43,223 bases of DNA from an uncultured Alphaproteobacteria bacterium (lineage in GTDB: Bacteria > Pseudomonadota > Alphaproteobacteria > Rs-D84), in contig CALCEG010000010.1 in assembly GCA_937900435.1 (NCBI GenBank), forward strand, positions 1 to 43,223, given 5' to 3'. Positions 33,958-42,955 of this stretch are shown here, one piece after another. Under the pieces are notes generated by a model. It saw only the letters and a list, made by a program, of their open reading frames with translations. It had not been told where the DNA came from and made no database searches. How positions within the stretch are numbered: position 1 is the first letter of the stretch; the number at the start of each line of letters is the position of its first letter. The position numbers were made by a program, and so were the translations under genes.

Positions 33958-34092
33958 ATGAAATTTTTAAGTTCATTAAAAGCTTGGAAGAAACGCGGTA
34001 ATGTAAAACAAATCCGTCGTGGCAAGCAGGTTATCTTGATTGACCCTGATAATCCAAAATTCAAAGCGAAACAGGGCTTCAAGAAAAAATAA
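33958..34092 (+). CDS. rpmJ: 50S ribosomal protein L36 (long, non-zinc type)
   Basis: Not in the ORF track (44 aa). MKFLSSLKAWKKRGNVKQIRRGKQVILIDPDNPKFKAKQGFKKK matches the alphaproteobacterial L36 pattern MK.r.SLKslk.R...v.RR.Gr.yvInK.nPrfKaRQG. Confidence 0.85.
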   Translation: MKFLSSLKAWKKRGNVKQIRRGKQVILIDPDNPKFKAKQGFKKK

Positions 34093-34095
34093 AAA

Positions 34096-34118
34096 TTCCG
34101 CCGATTGGCGGTTTTTTT
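34096..34118 (+). terminator. Intrinsic terminator of rpmJ
   Basis: CCGCC-gatt-GGCGG followed by TTTTTTT, ending at the next ATG. Confidence 0.65.
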
Positions 34119-34799
34119 ATGAAAAAATCAATTTTATCGTTATTAATATTATCGTGCTTTTTTTCAAACAACTGTTTGGGGGCTTTTACTGGTGGGGATA
34201 ACAGTCCGGGGGTACCAGACAAAGAATATGTTACTTGTAACACTTGCAAGGCCCCAACAACCGCATACCAAGGCATAATTGAAGATGAAAATGGTTATAA
34301 TGTATGCCAAAAATGCAACCCAGAAACAGAATTATTTATTGACGGTACAGGGTGTGTAAAAAAGTTAGATATGACAAGTTATGACAGAAAGTCGATGCGC
34401 GATTGTTGGATGGCTGAAAATTCCGCACAATATAACTGTTGTATACAACTTGGCAAAACATATCTTGATGAATATAAAAAGAAAACTAATAAAGATACAA
34501 ATAAATCTAATCATTTTAATTGTTGTTTGCTTAACGGAAATTGGAATAATAATTCATGTACTGATGGGGATGGTAATATTATAAACTTAAGCGATGTCGA
34601 AAAAAAATCCTTATCAACTAAAAAGTTCTCCTCAAACGGCGGCGCGTGGAACGCGCCCCTCATACTCTCGTCATTCCCGCGCAGGCGGGTATCCAGTGCC
34701 CCGCAGGTAAGATATAATCTGTATTACCCCCATCTGGTGCATAATATCAGCAACAATCTAACAAAAAAAATAACCGGCTTTTTTTGCAAAAATGTTTAA
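34119..34799 (+). CDS. Secreted Cys-rich protein whose C-terminal tail (about 45 aa) is encoded by repeat elements
   Basis: 226-aa ORF. Signal peptide MKKSILSLLILSCFFSNNCLGA and 14 Cys residues in the mature part. The ORF reads through the family 1 element (34665-34707, translated LILSSFPRRRVSSAPQ) and stops inside the family 2 element. Confidence 0.6.
   Translation: MKKSILSLLILSCFFSNNCLGAFTGGDNSPGVPDKEYVTCNTCKAPTTAYQGIIEDENGYNVCQKCNPETELFIDGTGCVKKLDMTSYDRKSMRDCWMAENSAQYNCCIQLGKTYLDEYKKKTNKDTNKSNHFNCCLLNGNWNNNSCTDGDGNIINLSDVEKKSLSTKKFSSNGGAWNAPLILSSFPRRRVSSAPQVRYNLYYPHLVHNISNNLTKKITGFFCKNV
34665..34707. repeat. Palindromic element family 1, copy inside the 3' end of ORF 34119
   Basis: CTCTCGTCATTCCCGCGCAGGCGGGTATCCAGTGCCCCGCAGG. 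It differs from the 21194 copy at a few positions. Confidence 0.8.
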
Positions 34800-34823
34800 A
34801 AAAGCCGGTATTTTTATTTTTTT
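34762..34823. repeat. Palindromic element family 2 (ACCGGCTTTTTTT...AAAAAAAGCCGGT), copy A, between convergent genes
   Basis: aaaaaaaaTAACCGGCTTTTTTTGCAAAAATGTTTAAAAAAGCCGGTATTTTTATTTTTTT. The shape is that of a bidirectional terminator. Confidence 0.8.
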
Positions 34824-34836
34824 ATATTACTTGTTT

Positions 34837-36051
34837 TTACATTCGTGGTCGTCCCCCACGCATCGGCGAAGCGGACTTTTGTTTACTGGTCGTTTTACCA
34901 TTATTTTTTCCGACAACGATTTTATCACCCATTTTTATTTCATCAGAAATAATTTCTGTTTCTGTTGCGGTGCTTAATCCCTTGGTGTATGGAACCAAGA
35001 CAACATCGCCGTCACGCAACAATGCGACGTGTGTAACCGGTGTTGCACCATTTGAATTTTCCATAATATTATCAAAATTACGAACCAAAAACGCCGCATT
35101 TGGTGCTTTCCATACATTATCGCGTTCAGAAATAACGATTGTCACAAACGCTGTCATACCCGGCATCAAACGCAAGTCAGTATTATCAACATCAATAACC
35201 ACAGTGTATACAACGACATTAGACGTTGTTGTTGGCGATAATCTGATTTGTCTTACAACCCCATCAAACGTTTCTGTTGGATATGCATCAACTGTAAAAG
35301 TTACAGGTTGATTTTCTTTTATAACCCCAATATCTGCTTCGGACACAGCAGTTTCGATTTGCATTTTTGTTAAATCTTCTGCAATTTCGAATAAGTCTGG
35401 TGTTTGGAACGATGCCGCCACAGTTTGACCAATATCAACTTTTCTTGAAATAACAGTCCCGTCCACCGGCGAAGTAATTGTTGCATATCCCAGATTAGTA
35501 AGTGCGCGGTCATATTGTGATTGCATACGGTTCACAGATTGTTCTGCTTGTTCGTATGCGGACTGTGATTGTTCCATTTCTGCGCGTGAAATATAATCTT
35601 TGTTGTACAAGAATTTATTTCTTTCAAATTCGCTTTTTGCCAGATTAAGTTGGGACATCGCGCTATCCAGTGATGCGCGCGCTTCATTAACAGATGCCTG
35701 TAATACAGATGGTTCAATTGTTAATAAAACATCGCCTTTTTTTACCTTGCTATTAAAATCAACATACAAGTTATCAATTGTACCTGACACTTGCGAACCA
35801 ACATTAACTGTATTAACAGGCTTAATTTCGCCAGTTGCACTGACAACTTGTTTTAAATCACCGCGTGTTATATTTAGTGTTATAAATTCATTTTTATTGG
35901 CATCATTACTGCCAAAAATTAACTTTATTCCAACCAAAGCTGATAAAATCAGCAAAATCCACCATTTTTTACGCCATATAAACTTAAAAAATCTTTTCAC
36001 AAAAGATGTTTTTTTTACATCTACTTTATTTTGTGTTTTTGATGTTTTCAT
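34837..36051 (-). CDS. Efflux-pump periplasmic adaptor (HlyD/MacA-type membrane fusion protein)
   Basis: 404-aa ORF. N-terminal TM anchor, lipoyl/hairpin pattern (GEIKPVNTVNVGSQVSGTI...VKKGDVLLTIEP, a long coiled coil, and ITSPVDGTVISR). The start overlaps the tolC stop (ATGA). Confidence 0.85.
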   Translation of the reverse strand: MKTSKTQNKVDVKKTSFVKRFFKFIWRKKWWILLILSALVGIKLIFGSNDANKNEFITLNITRGDLKQVVSATGEIKPVNTVNVGSQVSGTIDNLYVDFNSKVKKGDVLLTIEPSVLQASVNEARASLDSAMSQLNLAKSEFERNKFLYNKDYISRAEMEQSQSAYEQAEQSVNRMQSQYDRALTNLGYATITSPVDGTVISRKVDIGQTVAASFQTPDLFEIAEDLTKMQIETAVSEADIGVIKENQPVTFTVDAYPTETFDGVVRQIRLSPTTTSNVVVYTVVIDVDNTDLRLMPGMTAFVTIVISERDNVWKAPNAAFLVRNFDNIMENSNGATPVTHVALLRDGDVVLVPYTKGLSTATETEIISDEIKMGDKIVVGKNNGKTTSKQKSASPMRGGRPRM

Positions 36052-37376
36052 TTACTCTCTCCGTCATTTAATTCTACTTTTATTTCACCGACTGCCAACG
36101 CCACTGCGGCACGTTTAACAAACAAATCATACTTTGCGGCGTTATTTTGTTTTTCTGCATCTACCAGTTCAGATTGTGCAGTCTGCCAATCCAACATAGT
36201 TGCGCGACCAACCTTGTACATACCAGCAGTCACATTTTCGCTTTCTGTTGCGGACTTTAACAATGTTTCTGTTTGCTTCAGCACATTTTGTGCAGTTTTA
36301 TAGTTTTGATAAGCGGTAAATATATCTAGTTCCGCATTATCGTTTGTTGCACGTTCTTGTTCCAGTGCGCGTTCATAGTTATACTGTGCGGCGCGTGCAT
36401 TATACATATTTGCGAATCCTGCGAACAGTGGCATTGATGCGCGAATACCGATACTGCCGCTTATATTATCTTGACCTGCGCCAAACGTTTCAGTTGGGTT
36501 GTTGTTCCACGACAACGACCCAGACGCAGAAATTGACGGCAGATTACTAAGCAGTGTGCTGTTTCTGCGATACCACGCAGAATCTTTATTTGCAGTTGCG
36601 CGCAAAATATCAGGTCTGGTTTTTTGTGCTTGTTCAAACAGTTCGTCCAGTGATTTTGTTTCTTGTGGTGCGCCGATTTCCGATGGTAAATCTTTTATCT
36701 GAATATCTTGGTCTGCGGAAAAAGACAATTTATTCAACAAAGTACCCTTGGCGATTTTAAGATTATTTTTTGCACGTTCCAAATCCAAATCGCGACTGGC
36801 CAATGTTGTATCTGCGCGCAATACATCAGCCTTGGCGACAGATCCTGCTTTAAATTTATTTTTTGCAGTTTCGTGCGCTGTTTTTGCAACCTTGTACAAC
36901 ATTTCTGCTGACGTAACATCAGCTTGTGCTTTTAATAATCCGTAATAAGACCCAATAACAGAATATACATAATTTTGCACACTTTCGTCATAATCAAAAC
37001 CACTGGCGCGCCAAGACGCAATTGACTGGTTTAAATCAGATAATCTTTTACCAAAATCGAAAATCAGATAAGACGCAGACAACGATGCCCCATACGACCA
37101 ATCGCCCCATTGTTCATTTCTGTACGGCAAAGACGCATTTGCACCCAAACTAACACTTGGCAAATAATCAGCATAACCAGCATTTTTTGACATTCTGGCG
37201 GATTCAAAAGCCAAGAAAGACGCGGCTGTTTGTGGATTCCTGCATAAACCTAAATCGATAATTTGTTTTAAATCCATTGGTTCAGATGGTACTGTTGTGC
37301 GTGTCATACAATCATCGATTGCAGCATTTGCAACCATTGGACATAAAATTCCCAGTAAAAATAAATGTTTTTTCAT
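36048..37376 (-). CDS. tolC: TolC-family outer-membrane efflux protein
   Basis: Trimmed to MKKHLFLLGILCPMVANAA (ATG at 37376). Two repeats of the OEP pattern with long helical Ala/Gln/Leu-rich segments. 442 aa. Confidence 0.85.
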   Translation of the reverse strand: MKKHLFLLGILCPMVANAAIDDCMTRTTVPSEPMDLKQIIDLGLCRNPQTAASFLAFESARMSKNAGYADYLPSVSLGANASLPYRNEQWGDWSYGASLSASYLIFDFGKRLSDLNQSIASWRASGFDYDESVQNYVYSVIGSYYGLLKAQADVTSAEMLYKVAKTAHETAKNKFKAGSVAKADVLRADTTLASRDLDLERAKNNLKIAKGTLLNKLSFSADQDIQIKDLPSEIGAPQETKSLDELFEQAQKTRPDILRATANKDSAWYRRNSTLLSNLPSISASGSLSWNNNPTETFGAGQDNISGSIGIRASMPLFAGFANMYNARAAQYNYERALEQERATNDNAELDIFTAYQNYKTAQNVLKQTETLLKSATESENVTAGMYKVGRATMLDWQTAQSELVDAEKQNNAAKYDLFVKRAAVALAVGEIKVELNDGESK

Positions 37377-37425
37377 TAAAAAATCTCTCTCGCTCACAAT
37401 TACAAAAATTATATCAATTTTTTGG

Positions 37426-37454
37426 TTGAAATACAATTATTTTTTGCTTAATAT
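37426..37454 (+). promoter_or_regulatory. Candidate promoter of tRNA-Cys
   Basis: TTGAAA, a 17-nt spacer, then TAATAT. The -10 element ends 15 nt before the tRNA 5' end. Confidence 0.35.
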
Positions 37455-37469
37455 ATGCTTACTTGTGAT

Positions 37470-37543
37470 GGCCTGGTGGCAGAGTGGTTATGCAGAGGAC
37501 TGCAAATCCTTCTATGCCGGTTCGATTCCGACCCAGGCCTCCA
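37470..37543 (+). tRNA. tRNA-Cys (GCA)
   Basis: GGCCTGGTGGCAGAGTGGTTATGCAGAGGACTGCAAATCCTTCTATGCCGGTTCGATTCCGACCCAGGCCTCCA. Clean cloverleaf with CCA encoded. Confidence 0.95.
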
Positions 37544-37555
37544 AATTTAAGTAAA

Positions 37556-37579
37556 ACAGCCCTTGCGGGCTTTTTTTTT
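37556..37579 (+). terminator. Intrinsic terminator of tRNA-Cys
   Basis: AGCCC-ttgc-GGGCT followed by TTTTTTTT. Confidence 0.65.
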
Positions 37580-37598
37580 ATTTAGTATCATTTGCATT

Positions 37599-38696
37599 AT
37601 GATAACGTCGTTAAGTCTAACAGATTTCAGAAACCATAAAACCAGCAGAATAAATACCTGTGGTAATCAAAACATAATAATAACAGGCCCAAATGGTTCT
37701 GGTAAAACCGCAATTTTGGAAGCGATATCTATTCTTTCTGGCGAACGTGGTATGCGTGGCGCGTCAATGTCTGATATGGCGCGTTTTGGTGGTTCTGGTG
37801 GTTTCAGTGTTTTTGCGCAATTATCAGACGAAACAGAAATATCTGTCAGCTTTACAAATGGTGATTCTAACCGCCGCGCCAGAATAGATGGCGACAGTGC
37901 GCCCCTATCAGATTTATCAAAATATTTACGCGTGGTCTGGCTAACACCAAAAGAAGACCGATTATTTGTAGACAGTGCGTCTGACAGACGCGCGTTTTTT
38001 GACCGATTGGTATCCAGTTTTGATTCTGCACATTCTGGTCGAACTGCACGATTATCTAAATTATTAACAGAACGCGCAGTTGCGTTAAAGAATGGTGCTG
38101 ATTCAAATTGGTTAAATGCGCTGGATATTCAAATTGCAGGAACATCTGTTGCGATATCTGTTGCGCGTATTCAATACGCAGGACAATTAAATTACTTTTT
38201 ATCGCGTTGTGCGGTATCTGTATCTGGGGTTACCGAACAAATGTTAATTGATGGTATGTCTGCTGGCGATGCTGAACGTGCATATTTATCATACTTACAA
38301 AATAATCGTGTTTTAAGTGGCGACAAAATGATACTTGATGGGCCGCATAAATCAGACTTTGGGGTTTTTAATAATGAATTAAATTTGCCGGCATATTTAA
38401 CCAGTACAGGTCAACAAAAAACAGTTTTAATTGATTTAATTTTGGCGCATGCCGAACTGGTTTATACCAAGACTGGTAATCACGCGCTTGTTCTTTTGGA
38501 CGAAGCGGCGGCGCACCTTGATTCTGTTGCGCGTCAGAATATGTTTTTATCGCTTGGTAAATCACAGGCACAGGTTTGGGCGACTGGTCTTGACCCTGAT
38601 GTTTTCACAGATGTTCCAAACGCAACATTTGTTGCTTGCCTTGATGGCGGAATAAATAATATACTACGGGTGGAGAAAAAAAGATGTCAAGAATAG
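37599..38696 (+). CDS. recF: DNA replication and repair protein RecF
   Basis: Trimmed to MITSLSLTDFRNH (ATG at 37599). Walker A GPNGSGKTAILEAI, signature GQQKT, and Walker B LVLLDEAAAHLD. Confidence 0.9.
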   Translation: MITSLSLTDFRNHKTSRINTCGNQNIIITGPNGSGKTAILEAISILSGERGMRGASMSDMARFGGSGGFSVFAQLSDETEISVSFTNGDSNRRARIDGDSAPLSDLSKYLRVVWLTPKEDRLFVDSASDRRAFFDRLVSSFDSAHSGRTARLSKLLTERAVALKNGADSNWLNALDIQIAGTSVAISVARIQYAGQLNYFLSRCAVSVSGVTEQMLIDGMSAGDAERAYLSYLQNNRVLSGDKMILDGPHKSDFGVFNNELNLPAYLTSTGQQKTVLIDLILAHAELVYTKTGNHALVLLDEAAAHLDSVARQNMFLSLGKSQAQVWATGLDPDVFTDVPNATFVACLDGGINNILRVEKKRCQE

Positions 38697-39148
38697 ATTA
38701 TCAAACTTTATTAGATACCGCATTAAAATCTGTCGTCAAAGACGCATTAACACATGCTCAGTTTAATGGATTGGGTGATGGTACACATTTTTATATCACG
38801 TTTCGCACGCGCGATAATGGGGTTGTATTACCTGACTTTTTGCGCATACGTTATCCTGAATTAATGACCATAGTATTGCAATATTCATACAATAATCTGA
38901 ATGTATCAGACAAGGAATTTGGTGTTCAGCTAACATTCGATGGTCGTCCATTTTTTATTCGTGTTCCGTTTTCTGCGCTGGTTGAATTCAAAGACCCATC
39001 GGTTGATTTTATGTTATCGTTTCAAAATAACAACCAACCTGACAATGAAAACACAGGTATAGAATTACCATTGGAAGAAAAACCAGACACAGTCCCAGAT
39101 CCAGGTCGCGTTGTATCACTGGATGAATTCAGAAGAAATAAAAAATAA
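38684..39148 (+). CDS. sspB: Alphaproteobacterial SspB-like ClpXP adaptor (DUF1321-type)
   Basis: 154-aa ORF. YQTLLDTALKSVVKDAL, THFYITFRT, YPELMTIVLQ and FKDPSVDFMLSFQ match the alpha-type SspB pattern recalled from memory. Acidic/Pro-rich tail. Confidence 0.65.
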   Translation: MSRIDYQTLLDTALKSVVKDALTHAQFNGLGDGTHFYITFRTRDNGVVLPDFLRIRYPELMTIVLQYSYNNLNVSDKEFGVQLTFDGRPFFIRVPFSALVEFKDPSVDFMLSFQNNNQPDNENTGIELPLEEKPDTVPDPGRVVSLDEFRRNKK

Positions 39149-39197
39149 AAATACCGGCTTTTTTGATAAAAATGTCAAAAAAAGCCGGTTTTTTTAT
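39147..39197. repeat. Palindromic element family 2, copy B, between convergent genes
   Basis: aaaaATACCGGCTTTTTTGATAAAAATGTCAAAAAAAGCCGGTTTTTTTATT. Confidence 0.8.
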
Positions 39198-39202
39198 TAT
39201 TG

Positions 39203-39877
39203 TTAATAATCGTTCAAGAATGCTTCGCGCATAACATCTTTTATTTCCATACTTGATAACCCTGCACTACGCAAATAGTTTATTTGCATATTTGTTGGTT
39301 TGTATATTGCAGCGCTGTGGTCCGCGGTTGTTGGCTCAGACGCGATACGTTGTGATGGTATAAACTCTGTTTTTGCGCCCTGCTCTATCATTGCGACAAA
39401 AGACATATCAGATTTACATTCTGGACAATCTTTATCAATGATTGCCACACCTGACAGTTTTGAAATTGCGTTTTTGCCGGCAAAAAGTTTATTTTTTACA
39501 AAAATAGCCGTATTTTTATACAAATGTCTTGCTTTGCAATCATAGTCTAATTCACTGCCTATATTATGCATTAAAATATTGGCTTTAATTTCCGAATTTT
39601 TACCGGCGTTTTTAATAAAAATGTCAAAAAAAGCCGGATTTTTATTTTTTACATTTACACTAATGATAATGTTTTGGTTATCCGCCCCTAATTCGATATT
39701 CAGCCGGCATTTACCGGCAATTTCGCCAATATATATAATATGAACCGGTAAATCGTATTTTTTATCAATTGGTTTGTTTTCCAGTGTTGATAATTCTGGG
39801 CAATAATCCCCATTGCGGTAAACGATAGTTTCCGCTGGAAAAGTTTTTATGTTGAATTCGTCCCAGATGTATGACAT
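39203..39877 (-). CDS. SufB/SufD-family (Fe-S assembly scaffold-like) protein, short form
   Basis: The C-terminus FIPSQRIASEPTTADHSAAIYKPTNMQINYLRSAGLSSMEIKDVMREAFL parallels the SufD/SufB C-terminal block (..C.HgatvG.ld.eqlfYL.sRGi...A..ll..aF). Start set at the ATG at 39877 (MSYIWDEF); the track start is a GTG at 39886. Confidence 0.55.
   Translation of the reverse strand: MSYIWDEFNIKTFPAETIVYRNGDYCPELSTLENKPIDKKYDLPVHIIYIGEIAGKCRLNIELGADNQNIIISVNVKNKNPAFFDIFIKNAGKNSEIKANILMHNIGSELDYDCKARHLYKNTAIFVKNKLFAGKNAISKLSGVAIIDKDCPECKSDMSFVAMIEQGAKTEFIPSQRIASEPTTADHSAAIYKPTNMQINYLRSAGLSSMEIKDVMREAFLNDY
39601..39650. repeat. Palindromic element family 2, copy C, inside the SufD-like CDS
   Basis: TACCGGCGTTTTTAATAAAAATGTCAAAAAAAGCCGGATTTTTATTTTTT. 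It is translated in frame on the minus strand as NKNPAFFDIFIKNAGK. Confidence 0.75.
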
Positions 39878-39904
39878 ATTAATCACATTATAAAGGATTT
39901 TAAA

Positions 39905-40984
39905 ATGGGATTCAACTGTGGGATTGTTGGTCTGCCAAACGTTGGTAAATCAACATTATTTAATGCATTAACACAAAGTGCTGCGGCAGATGCTCAAAAC
40001 TATCCGTTTTGCACTATTGAGCCGAATACGGGCCGCGTTGTTGTGCCTGACGATACATTGCATGAACTTGCGCGTGTTGCGGGTTCGCAAAAAATAATAC
40101 CAACACAACTTGAAATTGTTGATATTGCTGGTCTTGTCAAGGGTGCATCCAGTGGTGAAGGACTGGGAAATAAATTCTTGGGCAATATCTTATCAACAGA
40201 CGCGATTATTCACGTTGTACGTTGCTTTGAAAACGATGATATTGTGCATGTAAACGGGCGTATAGACCCACTTGGCGATATCGAAACGATTGAAACAGAA
40301 TTAATGTTGGCAGACATTGAAAGCCTAGACCGACAAATCAAGAATCTTGAAAAGAAAGCGCGCGGTTTGGACAAAGACGCCGCGAAATTATTATCAGATG
40401 CGATTGCTATAAAGACTAATCTTGAAAAATCCATACCTGCGCGTGATGGTGGAATTGATTCTGTGCCGTTTAATTTACTGACTTCAAAACCGGTTATTTA
40501 TGTATGTAATGTTGAAGAATCAGCCGCCGCGACTGGCAACAAATATTCAGATATGGTTGTTGAAAAATTCGGTAAAGTGGCTGATGTTTTAGTTATATCG
40601 TCGAAGATAGAAATGGAAATTTCGCAAATTGTCGATACCGATGAACGAAAAATGTTTTTAGAAGACTTGGGGTTGTCAGAATCAGGCTTGGACAAGGTTA
40701 TCAAGACAGGGTACAAGACCCTTGGATTGCAAACGTATTATACGATTGGCCCCAAAGAAGCGCACGCATGGACAATAACTGTTGGTATGACTGCGCCCCA
40801 GGCAGCAGGAAAGATTCACACTGATTTTGAGCGTGGCTTTATTCGTGCCGAAGTGATTTCCCCATCAGACTATATTGCACTTGGTGGCGAAGTTGCGGTC
40901 AAAGAAGCCGGCAAAATGCGTCTGGTTGGTCGTGATTATATTATGAACAATGGCGATATATGTCATTTCTTGTTTAATACCTAA
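39905..40984 (+). CDS. ychF: Redox-regulated ribosome-binding ATPase YchF
   Basis: 359-aa ORF. GIVGLPNVGKSTLFNALT, YPFCTIEPN, DIAGLVKGAS, and the C-terminal TGS-like HTDFERGFIRAEV. Confidence 0.95.
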   Translation: MGFNCGIVGLPNVGKSTLFNALTQSAAADAQNYPFCTIEPNTGRVVVPDDTLHELARVAGSQKIIPTQLEIVDIAGLVKGASSGEGLGNKFLGNILSTDAIIHVVRCFENDDIVHVNGRIDPLGDIETIETELMLADIESLDRQIKNLEKKARGLDKDAAKLLSDAIAIKTNLEKSIPARDGGIDSVPFNLLTSKPVIYVCNVEESAAATGNKYSDMVVEKFGKVADVLVISSKIEMEISQIVDTDERKMFLEDLGLSESGLDKVIKTGYKTLGLQTYYTIGPKEAHAWTITVGMTAPQAAGKIHTDFERGFIRAEVISPSDYIALGGEVAVKEAGKMRLVGRDYIMNNGDICHFLFNT

Positions 40985-40998
40985 AAAAAGAATCAGAT

Positions 40999-41835
40999 AT
41001 GCAATTAATCACAGGCTGTCGTGGTCAACTGGGGATTTTAGTATCTAAATTATTACCGAATGCAATTTGCACAGATGTTGACACATTAGACATAACAGAT
41101 TCAAATTCTGTAAATAAATTTGTTAAAAAAAACGATATAGATTTAATTATAAATTGTGCTGCCTATACAGCGGTTGACAAGGCCGAGGATGACTCCACTA
41201 TTGCCCAAAAAATAAATACAGATGGCCCCAGAAATCTTGCAAAAACCGGTGCGAAAATTATACATATTTCCACAGATTATGTTTTTGATGGTCGTGGATA
41301 TATGCCTTATACACCTGATATGAAAACAAATCCAATATCAGTGTACGGAAAAACAAAGCGTGCAGGCGAAGTTGCAATAATAAACGAAACTAAAAATTAT
41401 GTAATTCTTAGAACTGCGTGGTTATATTCGATTTACGGAAATAATTTTGTAAAAACTATGCGTAATCTGGGGGCAACGCGCGACAGTATAAACGTGGTAT
41501 CTGATCAGATTGGCACACCAACATTTGCGAATGATTTGGCGTATGCGATTGTAAAGATAATTCCACAAATGTCGCCGGAAAAGTCAGGTATATATCATTT
41601 TACAAATATGGGTGTTTGTTCATGGTATGATTTTGCGACATCTATAATGGAATTGTCCGGTTTAAAATGCAAAGTAAACCCGATAAAATCATCACAATAT
41701 CCGACCGCAGCGCCACGTCCATATTACAGTGTTCTGGATAAAGATAAAACCAAAGAAACGTTTGGACTTGAAATTCCACATTGGCAAGACGGTTTAAAAA
41801 GATGTATATCGGATTTTAAAACCCAAACAAAATAA
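40999..41835 (+). CDS. rfbD: dTDP-4-dehydrorhamnose reductase
   Basis: 278-aa ORF. ITGCRGQLG, INCAAYTAVDKAE, STDYVFDG, YGKTKRAGE and RTAWLYSIYGNNFVKTM. Confidence 0.9.
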   Translation: MQLITGCRGQLGILVSKLLPNAICTDVDTLDITDSNSVNKFVKKNDIDLIINCAAYTAVDKAEDDSTIAQKINTDGPRNLAKTGAKIIHISTDYVFDGRGYMPYTPDMKTNPISVYGKTKRAGEVAIINETKNYVILRTAWLYSIYGNNFVKTMRNLGATRDSINVVSDQIGTPTFANDLAYAIVKIIPQMSPEKSGIYHFTNMGVCSWYDFATSIMELSGLKCKVNPIKSSQYPTAAPRPYYSVLDKDKTKETFGLEIPHWQDGLKRCISDFKTQTK

Positions 41836-41901
41836 AAAAATTACCGGCTTTTTTTGTAAAAATGTTAAAAAAAGCCGGTATTTTTATTTTTTTTTTTTTT
41901 T
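41834..41901. repeat. Palindromic element family 2, copy D, between convergent genes
   Basis: aaaaaaaTTACCGGCTTTTTTTGTAAAAATGTTAAAAAAAGCCGGTATTTTTATTTTTTTTTTTTTT. Confidence 0.8.
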
Positions 41902-42955
41902 ATAACGTTAAAAGTAATTTTAATTTTTCTGAATATTTTTTTATTTCTGTATCAATGTTCACTATTTCATCACGAACTGTTTCGTCCCCAGATAATAATT
42001 TATTAGTCAATTCTTGTTTTGTTGCATTCAGTTTTTCCAGATATCTTTGCAGTTTTAGCGAAACAATATATTTTTCAGCGGCATCAAAACTTAAATTTAA
42101 ATCATTGGTCGTTGTGTCAAAATCCACCCCCAACGTCCCCAAGAAATCCAGATATCTTTCCGCCAGTTCTGGGAAAGTATTAACAATATACACCAGTGTA
42201 TTTTTTGTTATGCCATCAATATCAGGTAATTTCACATCGATTTTTTTTGTTTCTTTTTTCCAACTTTGCCAGTTTTGGAATTTTCGTTTATTGTATTCTT
42301 GTTTATAGTGTTTTTTTAATTCGTTGTCTGTGATTTTATCTGTTATATTGTCCAAGAATTTTTCAGCCTGTGTACGTCCACCTGGCGTTGCGGTAATAAA
42401 GTTTTTGTTTGCTAAATCCCACAAGAAGTCAACCAACGGCACCGCGTTGTCGATAATTTTTCGCATTGCATCGCCCCCGGAATTTTTCAGTATTTCATCA
42501 GGGTCTTTACCGCCACTAACGAACGCGAATTTCACATCAGACGTATCGCGCAAGAATTGCATAACAATATCACATGCGCGCGCTGCTGCCTTTTGTCCTG
42601 CGCCATCACCATCAAAACAAAAAGTTATATTTCTGTTTGATTTACATAACAGTGCAATATGGTCTTCGGTCAATGCGGTCCCCAGTGGTGCGACAGTTTC
42701 TGGAAAACCGTTTAGTTGCATTTTTATTGCGTCAATTTGTCCTTCGACAATAATGCTGCGATTTGCACGATGAATACTTTCGCGCGCAAAGTTCAACCCG
42801 AACACAGTTTTTCGTTTATGAAAAATATCAGTATCAGATGTATTTATATACTTTGGTTCACTGCCATCCAAACTGCGTCCTGAAAAAGCAACGATTTGAT
42901 TGTGTGCATTAAATATAGGAAACATTAATTTATCCCGGAAAAAATCATATACGAG
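41900..42955 (-). pseudogene. dnaG: DNA primase DnaG, 5'-truncated (TOPRIM and C-terminal domains only; zinc finger and N-terminal RNAP subdomain are missing)
   Basis: The first ATG is at 42925. DnaG-like sequence YDFFRDKLMFPIFNAHNQIVAFSGRSL...KYINTSDTDIFHK...VEGQIDAI...FDGDGAGQKAA starts at about 42950. In-frame sequence above that is unrelated and hits a stop at 43010-43012. E. coli DnaG has about 200 residues before this block. Confidence 0.75.

Noticed and set aside
34784-35311. ORFs 34784-35311(+), 34792-34977(+) and 41862-42308(+) beginning MQKCLKKPVF / MFKKAGIF / MLKKAGIF
   Set aside because: Their starts are created by the family 2 palindromic element, and the bodies are antisense to the well-supported MFP and dnaG genes.
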